A program made the position numbers and the translations under genes. From Verrucomicrobiota bacterium (GTDB taxonomy: Bacteria; Verrucomicrobiota; Verrucomicrobiia; Opitutales; Seribacteraceae), in contig JAQBYT010000007.1 of NCBI GenBank assembly GCA_027622665.1, positions 32,001-96,000 of the forward strand: a stretch of 64,000 bases of DNA, read 5' to 3'. Below the pieces are notes generated by a model. The model saw only the letters and a program-made list of their open reading frames with translations, ran no database searches and was not told where the DNA came from. The stretch's first letter is position 1, and every line of letters starts with the position of its first letter. Shown here in pieces: positions 22,045-32,100 of this stretch.

Positions 22045-22074
22045 GCGATAAGCTTGCAACTAATCTTCCTTCAA

Positions 22075-23334
22075 TCATTCTTTTCGGAGGGGGTGCCCGA
22101 TGGCGTGTTCTAGGGCGAGGTGAGCGGATTGAAATTGGTATCTGGCCTCGAGGAGTTTGCGACGGACTTCGAAGAGTCCGATGCGAAGCTGGTTTCGTGA
22201 GACAGGATCGATGCCTTGCCCATTGGGGCTTTCCTCGAGGGCAGGAGCAAGCTCGCTTTCGAGGTTTACAGAGGAGATTTCGTGCTCGGCGAGTTGCCGC
22301 GATGCGGCTCGGTAATCACGTAGAGCGCTGGCGAGTGTCAGTCGGAGGTCACGGCGAGCAAGGCGTTGGATAGCGAGATTTTCGTGTAATTCGGCGGTGG
22401 CGGCTTGAATGTCGGCCCGATGTCCCCACATGGGAATCTCTATACCGAGGAGGACGCCCCATTGGTCGGAGTCGGATGAGATGCGCCGATCATGTTCGAT
22501 ATTACCTTGAAAGAAGGAGAACCAAGGGATACGGCGAGCCTCGGCTTGTTGGATACGGGCTCGGGCGGCTTCACCTTCATGTTCGAGTGAGATTAGCTCG
22601 GGGCGTCCCAGAGTGGCAGTTGGAAATAGGTTATTTAGGGTGAGATTGGAGGTGTTTTCATCTGGTTTGGAGAAAGAGGTTACTAGATTTACGGGTGTGC
22701 CTTCGGGTTGGGCGAGGAGTGCGAGTAAGGTGGAAGAAACGCTTTCGTAGGTTCGATCAGCTTTGGAAGCCACGGCGAAAGTTTTGTAGGTCTCTAGTCG
22801 ACTTTCAAGAGCTTTTGGGAGGGTGAGTTGGCCTGCGGCGACAAGGATGTCGTGGGCTGTACGGATGGCCGCTTGGGTTTCGGCGATTTCGTGGGCGAGG
22901 AGTGCGTCTTTTTTTCGATAAAGAGTTTCAAAGTAAAGCCGCTTGACCTCGTAGGAAAGGATGTTTTCAGTCAGCTTGAGTTCTATGCGTGCGACTTCGA
23001 TTCGGGCTTGGCCTTCTTCCACCAGAGCCTTTGTTTCCCATGGGTTGTTCAGTCGAAAGCGTAGGGCATATTCTTGGCTGGATTCACCTGCGAGACGACC
23101 CTCGTCGTGGCTAAGCCGAAGCTCGGGGGCAGGCATGGCGCCGATGGCGCGAAGGCGGGCGCGGACGGATGCTATGCGGGTGCGAGGAGCATCAAGATTT
23201 TCGGTGTTATTCCTCGCCAGTTCGAGGGCTTGTTCAAGTGAAAGATTCCGAGATGCGTTGGCATCTTGGGCGTGACCGAGTGGTGCGGAAAAAATGAAGA
23301 ATGCGAAGATTGCTGCGTGTACGAGACCTTTCAT
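22075..23334 (-). CDS. TolC family outer-membrane efflux protein
   Basis: Start moved to ATG 23334 (MKGLVHAAIF..., signal peptide); LSLEQALELA, RPELI, QWGVLLGIEIPMW, LEHAIG; long helical segments. Confidence 0.8.
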   Translation of the reverse strand: MKGLVHAAIFAFFIFSAPLGHAQDANASRNLSLEQALELARNNTENLDAPRTRIASVRARLRAIGAMPAPELRLSHDEGRLAGESSQEYALRFRLNNPWETKALVEEGQARIEVARIELKLTENILSYEVKRLYFETLYRKKDALLAHEIAETQAAIRTAHDILVAAGQLTLPKALESRLETYKTFAVASKADRTYESVSSTLLALLAQPEGTPVNLVTSFSKPDENTSNLTLNNLFPTATLGRPELISLEHEGEAARARIQQAEARRIPWFSFFQGNIEHDRRISSDSDQWGVLLGIEIPMWGHRADIQAATAELHENLAIQRLARRDLRLTLASALRDYRAASRQLAEHEISSVNLESELAPALEESPNGQGIDPVSRNQLRIGLFEVRRKLLEARYQFQSAHLALEHAIGHPLRKE

Positions 23335-23342
23335 CAAAAGAT

Positions 23343-24461
23343 TCAGGAACCCCGGAGGAAGCCGAAAAAACCTATCGAGGTGGTTTCGATGACGACCCAT
23401 TCGCCGGGGACGAAGGCATCGTGATCTTGGCCCGTGATGGAGCGGAGTTGGATGTTGCGTCCGCGAGCCATGCGATTGGGGGCGTTGCGGACGCGCCCGG
23501 GGAAGTTGAGTATGTGAGGGGTAACGGAGACGACCTCCATTCGGATTTGGGCAGAAGGGTTGGTTTCCGAGTATACGACTAGTTCGTCGCCAACGGTGGG
23601 TTGAAGGTGGGCGAAACGTTCGGGTTGAAAGCCCATTACGCGTTTCACTTCCTTACCGTTGGCAGGATCGTACTCCTTAATAATAAGGCGGGCGATTGGT
23701 TCTCCGGCGGGCACGTTTTCGCCTCTTTGGAAGGAGAGTTCGGCTACTACGCCGTCGTTGGCGGCTTTGAGAAAGCAGTGCTCACGACGTTGCTCTAGGA
23801 GAGCGAGGCGGTTGTTGCCGGGTCGTTCGATTGTGTGTACTTCAGCGAGGCGTGCGATGGAATCTTCCAGGTCTGCCTTTACTTTAGAGATGAGCGAGGG
23901 ATGCATATCCCCTCGCTTTGCTAGGACGGCGATCTTGGCCTCGAGTTCACTCACGATTTCTCGGTCCACTAATCCTCGCTCAAGCAATCCTTTCAGCCGT
24001 TCGAGTTGACGGGATAATATGGCTATTTCGGCGGAATCGGAGGCTTGGTCCATGAGAAGTTCGCTAACATCTACGCGAGTGCTTTGGACGGCCGAGGTGA
24101 AGCGACGATCGCGATCGAGACGGTCGAGCTCTAGTTCTTCCTTGATTGAGGCGATTTGTTTATCGATAAGGCTTGTGTCGAGGACGATGAGGAGATCTCC
24201 GCGAGTTATCTTCTGGCCGATTGCGACCTTTATGTCCTCGATGCGTCCCACTTCGCGACTAGAAATGGACTCGAAGTCAAATTCTACGGTTCCGTTTAGT
24301 TCATAATATCCGCCCCCAAATTCGTAAAGGGCGAAGAGTGCGGGAATGAATAGAAGCCAAACGAAAAGAGGCCACTTCCTGCCGATGCGTCCGAGGCTAC
24401 TGCCGCGGTGACGTTTCGGGGCAGGTTTTAGAGATACTGAAGCCGTTCGTTCGTCAGGCAT
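23343..24461 (-). CDS. HlyD-like membrane fusion (periplasmic adaptor) protein
   Basis: Single N-terminal TM, half-lipoyl motifs GRIEDIKVAIGQKITRGDLL and LKAANDGVV...GENVPAGEPI flanking a coiled coil. Confidence 0.82.
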   Translation of the reverse strand: MPDERTASVSLKPAPKRHRGSSLGRIGRKWPLFVWLLFIPALFALYEFGGGYYELNGTVEFDFESISSREVGRIEDIKVAIGQKITRGDLLIVLDTSLIDKQIASIKEELELDRLDRDRRFTSAVQSTRVDVSELLMDQASDSAEIAILSRQLERLKGLLERGLVDREIVSELEAKIAVLAKRGDMHPSLISKVKADLEDSIARLAEVHTIERPGNNRLALLEQRREHCFLKAANDGVVAELSFQRGENVPAGEPIARLIIKEYDPANGKEVKRVMGFQPERFAHLQPTVGDELVVYSETNPSAQIRMEVVSVTPHILNFPGRVRNAPNRMARGRNIQLRSITGQDHDAFVPGEWVVIETTSIGFFGFLRGS

Positions 24462-24464
24462 GGC

Positions 24465-25148
24465 TCAAATTTCCACGGTGGAGCGTTGCATGACCATGCT
24501 CACATCCTCGATTCCCTCGATGGCTTCGAGATCGACGATTAGGTCGGGTTTTCCGGACGGATCCAGCAGGCGAACATGGTAGGAGTACTCAACAGCCTCT
24601 CCCTGAATGGCTTCCCGCATGGCGACCATGTTGACGGACGAAGTGTGGCGTTCAAAGACCTCGCGGGTGAGTGCTTCACCAGATTCTCCCTTGGGCAAGA
24701 TGAAGCGAAGCAGACCCTCGAAAGAACGGCGAGAGGCAAAGGGTGAGTAGTGCAGAAAGAGGACGGCGAAACAGAAGAAGAGCGACCCTATTATGGCGAC
24801 GTCAACAACTTGAGCCCCAGCGGCGATGCCCGTGGCGAGACTTGCGAAGAGGAAAATAATGTCGCGAGGATCGCGGATGGGGGTGCGAAAGCGAATGAGG
24901 GCTAGGGCGCCGAGAATGCCGAGCCCGCGAGCTAGGTTGTTGCCTATTGCTATGATCATTATGCAGGCTACGATAGCGGCGAGGGCAATGGTTTGCACGA
25001 AAGTCCGAGAGTAGGAATACCCCGTGTGCGTACGCTGATAGACTGCGGCTAACAACAGCGACATGACAAAACTGAGCAGGAGGGAGAAGAGAATCTGCAG
25101 CGGACTGAACGCCCGAGCGGGTCCCAATGCGTTAAAAATCGCTTCCAT
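24465..25148 (-). CDS. DUF4956 (MgtC-like) membrane protein
   Basis: IGNNLARGLGILGALALIRFRTPIRDPRDIIFLF...GIAAG signature, several TM helices, soluble C-terminal domain; likely start ATG 25148 (track gives 25175). Confidence 0.88.
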   Translation of the reverse strand: MEAIFNALGPARAFSPLQILFSLLLSFVMSLLLAAVYQRTHTGYSYSRTFVQTIALAAIVACIMIIAIGNNLARGLGILGALALIRFRTPIRDPRDIIFLFASLATGIAAGAQVVDVAIIGSLFFCFAVLFLHYSPFASRRSFEGLLRFILPKGESGEALTREVFERHTSSVNMVAMREAIQGEAVEYSYHVRLLDPSGKPDLIVDLEAIEGIEDVSMVMQRSTVEI

Positions 25149-25938
25149 TTTCGTATGAACAGTTTTCCGAGACATCAGAATAAGTACTGCCTCGAAATAG
25201 GGATTCCAATCTCATAGCAGCTGAATACTTGCAAAATCCGGTGTTCACGAGATCAAAACGTTCAACCATCTCTGCCATCCATTCGGGGAATTCGGTTTCG
25301 GCCTTCAGTTCTAGAATCTGGCCAGGGTATTCGCGGCACAAGGATGTTTGGGTGTCCATCGAGTACCAACGAGCGGATTGGCATGGAAATGTCCAAGAAC
25401 CTCGAGCGGGTCTATAGCGAAGGCGGCGATCAATGGTTACACGGGCATAGCGTTCGCTAATACCCTTGTAGGATTCCCTGACGTAGTTGATGTAGACAAA
25501 TGGTCTTGCGCCTATCTCCCGCACGAGCCGAACGAACTCAAGATAATTCATGTTCTCGGCTTCGTTCACAAAAGGGATAATACTTGTGGGATGCAAAATG
25601 TTTTCCTTTGAATAGTCTTTAGGTTGCAACACTGCACGACTCTTCAGAATCATGATATTAATCTTTCGCTTGATCTCTAGAAAGTAGGGGCATTCGTTGC
25701 CCGTTCCGTATGTGCGTATCCGTAATTTAAAACGGTTTCTAGCCTTGCGTTCTTTTGCGAAATGGAGGGTGGCGTTTGAGGCATCTAGTTGAAGAGTGGT
25801 GACAAGGTATTCGGGGATATCCCCGACAGTGTGCTCATCCTCGTACACGAATGGGCGAATAAACCGTCGGATTTCCGGAACTTGCTTTGGAACGACCACG
25901 TATTTGTACTCGTAGCGATCGATTTGTCGGTCGCTTAT
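25132..25938 (-). CDS. VTC (polyphosphate polymerase, CYTH/TTM fold) domain protein; start codon uncertain
   Basis: RYEYKY upstream of the track's GTG 25899, RFKLRIRTY, FLEIKRK, YVRESY, RVTIDR, ILELK, FCKY; only ATA 25938 or ATC codons are available as a start that includes the ExK motif. Confidence 0.82.
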   Translation of the reverse strand: MSDRQIDRYEYKYVVVPKQVPEIRRFIRPFVYEDEHTVGDIPEYLVTTLQLDASNATLHFAKERKARNRFKLRIRTYGTGNECPYFLEIKRKINIMILKSRAVLQPKDYSKENILHPTSIIPFVNEAENMNYLEFVRLVREIGARPFVYINYVRESYKGISERYARVTIDRRLRYRPARGSWTFPCQSARWYSMDTQTSLCREYPGQILELKAETEFPEWMAEMVERFDLVNTGFCKYSAAMRLESLFRGSTYSDVSENCSYENGSDF

Positions 25939-26097
25939 TGGGAGAGATGCCTGTAGAGTGCTGATAGTAGGAGTTTTGTGCTAAAGTTGTAGATTTCAAA
26001 CGAGTAACCAGGGATTGCCAAATTTCTCTCAAGGTCACAAACTAATTTCCAAAAATGATATTACATGGAAACATATGAGGTTTCTCAAGCAAATCGC

Positions 26098-26126
26098 TTG
26101 TTTTATTCAAAGTCTGTGCCTATAAC
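26098..26126 (+). promoter_or_regulatory. Possible sigma70 promoter for the giant protein
   Basis: TTGTTT-17 nt-TATAAC in the AT-rich divergent intergenic region; pattern match only. Confidence 0.3.
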
Positions 26127-26173
26127 TTCATGCGAGTCTACCAAATCACGAACCAGTCTATCGTCTATCCCTC

Positions 26174-29100
26174 TTGAATAAAACATCAAATAGTTGGATT
26201 CGAAGGCTAATAGTCGTTCTGGCATGTGCGTCTACGCTGATTCCCCGTTTGTCCTTCGGCGAGGCGATGCTGCAATACTTCAACACCAGTTGGGCGGAGA
26301 TCACTAACCGGATGCCCGAATTGGCGGAAGCGGGGTACTCTTCGCTTTGGCTACCTCCGCCGACGAAGGGAAGCGGGCGACTCTCGGTCGGTTACGACCT
26401 GTGGGACCCGTTCGACCTCGGGGGACGGGAGCAACGAGGCACTTTCCAGACGCGATATGGTACTGAGGCGGAACTGCATCGCTTGATAGAGATGGCCCAC
26501 AGGTTCGGCATTCGTGTCTATTTCGACAATATCATGAATCACCGTGCTTTCGACGTTCCCGGTTACAACGAGCACGCTCCCGAAGACTTATACCCGGGAA
26601 TGCGTCCCGAGGATTTTCACATTAGACGAACCTCTGACGGGCTTTACCGCAAATGGGATAATGTTCGCGAGTGGTGGAGCGAGTGGCAGGTACAAAATCT
26701 CGGACTTTCCGATCTTATAGATATTGCAGCAGAACCTGGAACAACCAACCGAAACTTCGGCGACCGGGAAGGTGCCACGGCGGAGAAGATTAAGTTCCTT
26801 CGACACCCCGACAATCCGGAATTCTATTGTTACGATGCAAACGGCAGCTACGTCGGATTTGGGCAGGACAACGGGCTCACGGTTGAATACCTCGCGCAAA
26901 ACGAGGCCTTTTACTCCGAATACGTTGAGGTTTATCTAAATCGAGCGGCGCGTTGGCTTCTAGACCGTACAAAGGCCGATGGTTTGCGATTGGATGCCGT
27001 AAAGCATATCCCGGCCGATTTTTTCGGCGCCACCTTTGGCGCAGATAGAGATCGTAGCAATTACGGTTACCTCGGGCAGGCTCAGGAGCAATTCAACCTT
27101 ACGCGAGGTTTTTCGGATTGGGACAACCATCGCGATACCGTCTTCGATACCGAGCGTCCGAGAGATGACGCCATGATGTTCGGCGAACACCTGGGGTCAC
27201 CGCCGGCGGTCGATGATTACATCAATGCAGGCATGCGTCTTCTTGATAATGACCTTCGCCATCACCTAAATAGCCAACTTGGTAATCCATTCGGCACCTT
27301 AGCCGGAATGGATGCATCTGGTAGCCATGGCTTTGCTCCCGGTTCTTCAGTTATGCATGCCCAAAGCCACGATAGCGATTATGCTGCCCGACGTGAGTTG
27401 CAACATGCTCTCTACCTGACTCGTGGAGGAATCGGAATAATTTATTCGGACGGCAACCATAAGGCGGGAATTCTCAAAGAGAGCGGAGGAGCTTTTCCAC
27501 GCCATGCAAACACCAATTTCCTTGGTCAATTCGGGGACAATCGCATTCCTAACCTGCTATATTTTCACGAACACTTTGTGAGGGGGTTCCAAGTGGGTCG
27601 CTGGAGCGACGGCGACGTAGTGGTTTACGAACGAGTGGACAAGCGAGACAACCCCGGCATGTCCGATGCGGCAGGTACGGTCGGACTCGTTATGATTAAC
27701 GACAATTACTCGAGTGGTCAGGCACGTGGATTTACCACAGGATTTCTCGCTGAAGGCGGAACGGACAATGACGTTTACCTCTATAATTATTCATCCTATG
27801 GCGGAGGTTTTTTCAAGTATGCCAGCCAGTTAAACCAGGTGGTGATTCCTGCAGGAGGCTATTTCCTGTTTTCATGGAGGAGCCCGGAGCCCTCGGACCT
27901 GTGGGGATTGGCGGGAGGGCATCCTTTGAGCATTTTACAAGATGGGGAAGAGGTGGAAACCATCTCGGTGAGGAGAACTGACGGGCCTGATGGCGATCCA
28001 GCTTTCAATCCTTATGGCGTATCCGATGCCAACCAAACGGACTTTTCTTATTTATGGAAAATCCCAAGGGTAACTAGTGGGAAGAACTTGAAGTTCGTCG
28101 TTCGTGCCGATGGTTCGGCTGAGAACATGTTGCTCAATATCGACGGAGGTATAGATGTTAATGGCAACGGTAAACGGGACAATCCGCCTGCATTTTCCTC
28201 CGATGTTTACCTTGGGTTCGAGCAAATGGATTTCGTCGGAAGGCAAGGGCCGGAGAAATTCGCCGCCGGCGACACAAGTCGCAATATGATAGGATCCGCA
28301 GGGGCAGAAACTTATTGGTGGTCTGCCGATAACGGTTCCTTCTTCACCGTGAACGGTGGTTCCGGAGATGATTCCTATGAAGATGAGACCGCCCACTGGG
28401 CGTATCACGCTCCAGAGCAAAACAATGACCAAGGGGAAAAGCAGTTCAAGGTTGCGGAAAGCTCGGCGACTGTCTGGGTGAAAGTAGGCTACAACCTTGA
28501 GGTGAATCAAGCTCGGCTTTACCATGTGATCGACGGCAGTAATCCCGAAGGGGCGGGGGGGGGCGGTATCGGCACGACGCAAGTTACCTCGTTTGCCTTT
28601 TCCCACTCCGATGGACAAGAGCCCACCGTCGATTGGTGGAAAGCCACCGTTCCTTTGCCGGACTCAGGAATCTTCAAATACAAGATCGGTGTGTATCGCA
28701 ACGAATTGAACGGTGCTTCACTGGCCAGCGTTTTTCCGAAAAACGAGTCCGCTGTGGCTCTCAAAAAGAAGATGCTAACCAGCTTCGAAATAGACGGTTT
28801 CGATGCCGAAGCCATTGAGTATTATCCGCACCGCGACTACGGCGACAAGGTAACTGGTCTGAAGGAGGGTTTCCACTTTGTGAAGGCACGGGCTTTCCTG
28901 AGCCGATTAGGCGAAGCTTCCATCTACAATACCTTTTCGCGTACCTTGTACTACGATACCAAGCGTCCCGAGGGTACGGTCAACTTTCCCGGAAGAGATG
29001 GCGAGGAATTGTTTGGTTCCGAATACGGGTTCGTTGTCCGCACCGATTCCAGCGTGACCGAGGTGCTTTTCCACATTGATGATGACGACCCGACTAACGA

Positions 29101-32100
29101 TGATGGTCAGATTGGCGCCCTCAACGGCAACGGGGAAACCGGCGACGGAAATTCAAGTGCTTGGGCATCCGCCGTGGAAATCACCTCGCGACAAAACCTA
29201 GGAGTCGGTTTTCCGAAGGAATGGCGGTTCAGTTACCGTAATGTGCCCTCGGGCGGGGGTGAGGCCACCGTGCGCATCGCTTTGCGGGAGGCTTCCTCGT
29301 CAACCGACCTGACGCTCAACGAAGAGGAGGGTCACTTCCGCATCCTAGACCGAAAGGTGAAGACTAGCGGTCCCAGTCATCGACTCTTCGTGACTTGGCC
29401 ACAACAGGACGGTGAGAAGGTCGGGCAGGATTACCTCATGAAAACCTACCTCAGTTCAGGACTCGTCGACGGGCGGAGCGATGCGGAGGTAATCGCCAAC
29501 TTAACCGTCAGCATCGACGACTCCGTAACCCAAGAGGCTCCCTATGCTCCCGCCGTAGCCCAAGACATTTCGAGCGCATGGGTGGAGCGAAACGTGACTC
29601 CTGGTTTGGCAGCCCTCGCCTACAAACTTCCCATTTTGCGGAATCCTGCCGGGGCTCCGGACGATTTCAGGCAGACCATTATCGTGGACTACCAGGATTC
29701 CGTGGCGGGCGTCGATCTGCGCACCATCCGCACCGTCGCCACGGATTTCGTAAGTCACGGATCAGCCAACCCCATCCTCACGGTCAACGGGGTTCCCGCC
29801 GACTACACCACGACCAACTTTTTCGTGGATGAGGTTAAGGGAGACGAGGAAACCTTGGAGATTGTTCTCGAGGCTCCCCATGTAATAGTGGCGGAAGTCT
29901 ACACCAACCTGAACAACCGTGATCTCGCTACGGGTGACTCGAACGAAGACGGCATCGAGGACGGTATTCAGCCACCGAACCGCAATTCAGTTTCTCTGGA
30001 TAATAACGCCGGTTACTATAAAGTCCATGCCATGACCCTCGATCCCGCTCGCGGTGAGGCTGGCGCTTGGGTTTGCCAATTGAAGGCCCGCAAGACGGGA
30101 GCCTACCGTTTGACCGCCCGCTTCAAGCTGAAGGACGATGCCGATGTCTGGCACTGGTACACGAGTGAAGGGCGTCGCGATCATGCGGTCGTTGTTACTC
30201 CGAAGGCGGCCCGCGAGGCCATCATGTACGAACTGAACCCTCTCTCTGTCGATGCGACAGGAGACACCTTCGCGACCCGAAGCACCTTCGAGGACCTGCA
30301 CGACGAGAATCGATGGAACCTCGAATACCTGAAGGGAATTGGCGCAAATTGGCTCTGGTTCCAGCCCATCCACCCCCGTGGGATTGACGGACGTGAAATC
30401 GTGAACGGTCAACCCTATGACCCCGGCAGTCCCTACGCGGTAAAGAACTTCTTCGAGGTGATGCCACAACTGAGCGAGGCAAACACTAGACCCGCCGCCA
30501 TGCAGGCCTTTCAGGATTTCGTGATGGCGGCCGACTCCGAGGGAATCGGTGTCATGGTTGATGCTCCCTTCAATCATGTTGCGTGGGATGCGGAACTGGA
30601 TGAAGAGGGTGTAGCAATCTTCGAAACGGGCGTCCCGGACGACGAAATCCGCAAGACGCTTCCTGGATTCTTTTCCCGTAAAGACGACTATGGCCTACCC
30701 GCACGCGACGAAAACGAAATCGCCACGGCTCCCGACCGCGACGACTTCGGTAAGTGGGAGGACGTCAAGGATGTCTACTTTGGTAACTACTCGGCCCTCG
30801 TCCGGGGTAATGACCCCGCCGAACGTAACCCCCATCAGAATGAGGAGGATGTCTTCGACTACGCCGGCGAAGGCTGGAACGACCAGACCCGGAGGACTTG
30901 GAGGTACTTCGCCTCCTATGTTCCCTACTGGTTGGAGAAGACGGGCCTGCCCGCAGGACAGCCAGCCAGCGTTCAAGCCCAAACGGGTATCGATGGCCTG
31001 CGGGCTGACTTCGGTCAAGGCCTTCCTCCCCAGCTCTGGGAGTACGTTATCAATGTGGCTCGCTCCCGCAAGTGGAGCTTCGTCTTCATGTCGGAGGCGC
31101 TGGACGGCGGGGCAGTCACCTACCGCTCGAGTCGGCATTTCGACGTATTGAACGAAAATCTTGTCTTTGCTCAGCAGTCTTTGACAACGCCGGATGGCTA
31201 TCGCTCGGCTTTCGAAAACAGGCGTTCGGCCTATGGACAGAGCCTCCTGTTGCTCAATAATGTTTCTCACGACGAGGAAAACTACCAAGACCCGTGGCAG
31301 GCTTTCATCCGCTACGCCTCTTCCAGTGTCAACGATGGTGTCCCTATGCTTTTTATGGGTCAGGAATTGGGCATCTCTCGGACTTACGGTTTTACCCACT
31401 ACGAAACCAATATGGGCAAGCAGATACCCCACTTCAAGATTCATAACTCGATGCAACCCATCTGGGACAACGGGGACTTTGGGTTAGACCAACTTTACAA
31501 AGCTTACGCGAGTATAGGGCGTGCGCGTTCGGCTAGTCCCGCCCTGAGCTCCTCTTATCGCTATTTCCTTAACGAAATAATCACCAATGCGCCGCACGAT
31601 AAAATCAACGCAACTGCTAAGTGGGAGAACTCCGTTTCCTCGCCCAGTACGTCCGACCTCGTCCTTGCCTTCGTTAATCTGGACCGCGACAATCAGCAGT
31701 CGGGTGCCTTCGACTTAAGTCCGAGTGGAGACGAGGCGCTCCTCGGTCTCGAGAAGGACCACCTTTACAATGTCTCCAATCTCGCCGCCTTTCAGACCGA
31801 GGCAAAGGATGTGTTCCTCTGGCCGCAGGCTCGTTCCGGACATGACTTGCTGGAGAACGGCATCTTCGTTCTCTTAAACCCGGTGCCCCCGGATGCAGGG
31901 GGTTGGACAAATGCTCCCTACGAGGCCCAGTTCCTGAAGGTGCACGACCTTTCCGTTCCCCTGCTTGAAATGAACGCTAGTACAGGAGGGAGCACCAAAG
32001 GTTCTGGAAGTTACTCATACGGCAGTCATGTAAACATTGAGGCTACTGCGGAACCGGGATACGCCTTCGACGGGTGGCTTGGGGGCGGAGTGGTTAACCC

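Noticed and set aside
22041..22373. 110-aa plus-strand ORF after the DUF1501 gene
   Set aside because: Antisense to the TolC 3' end with Arg/Gly-rich shadow composition.
22075..24461. HlyD + TolC as a type I secretion system for the giant protein
   Set aside because: No ABC transporter nearby, and the giant protein has an N-terminal Sec-type signal peptide and no RTX repeats.
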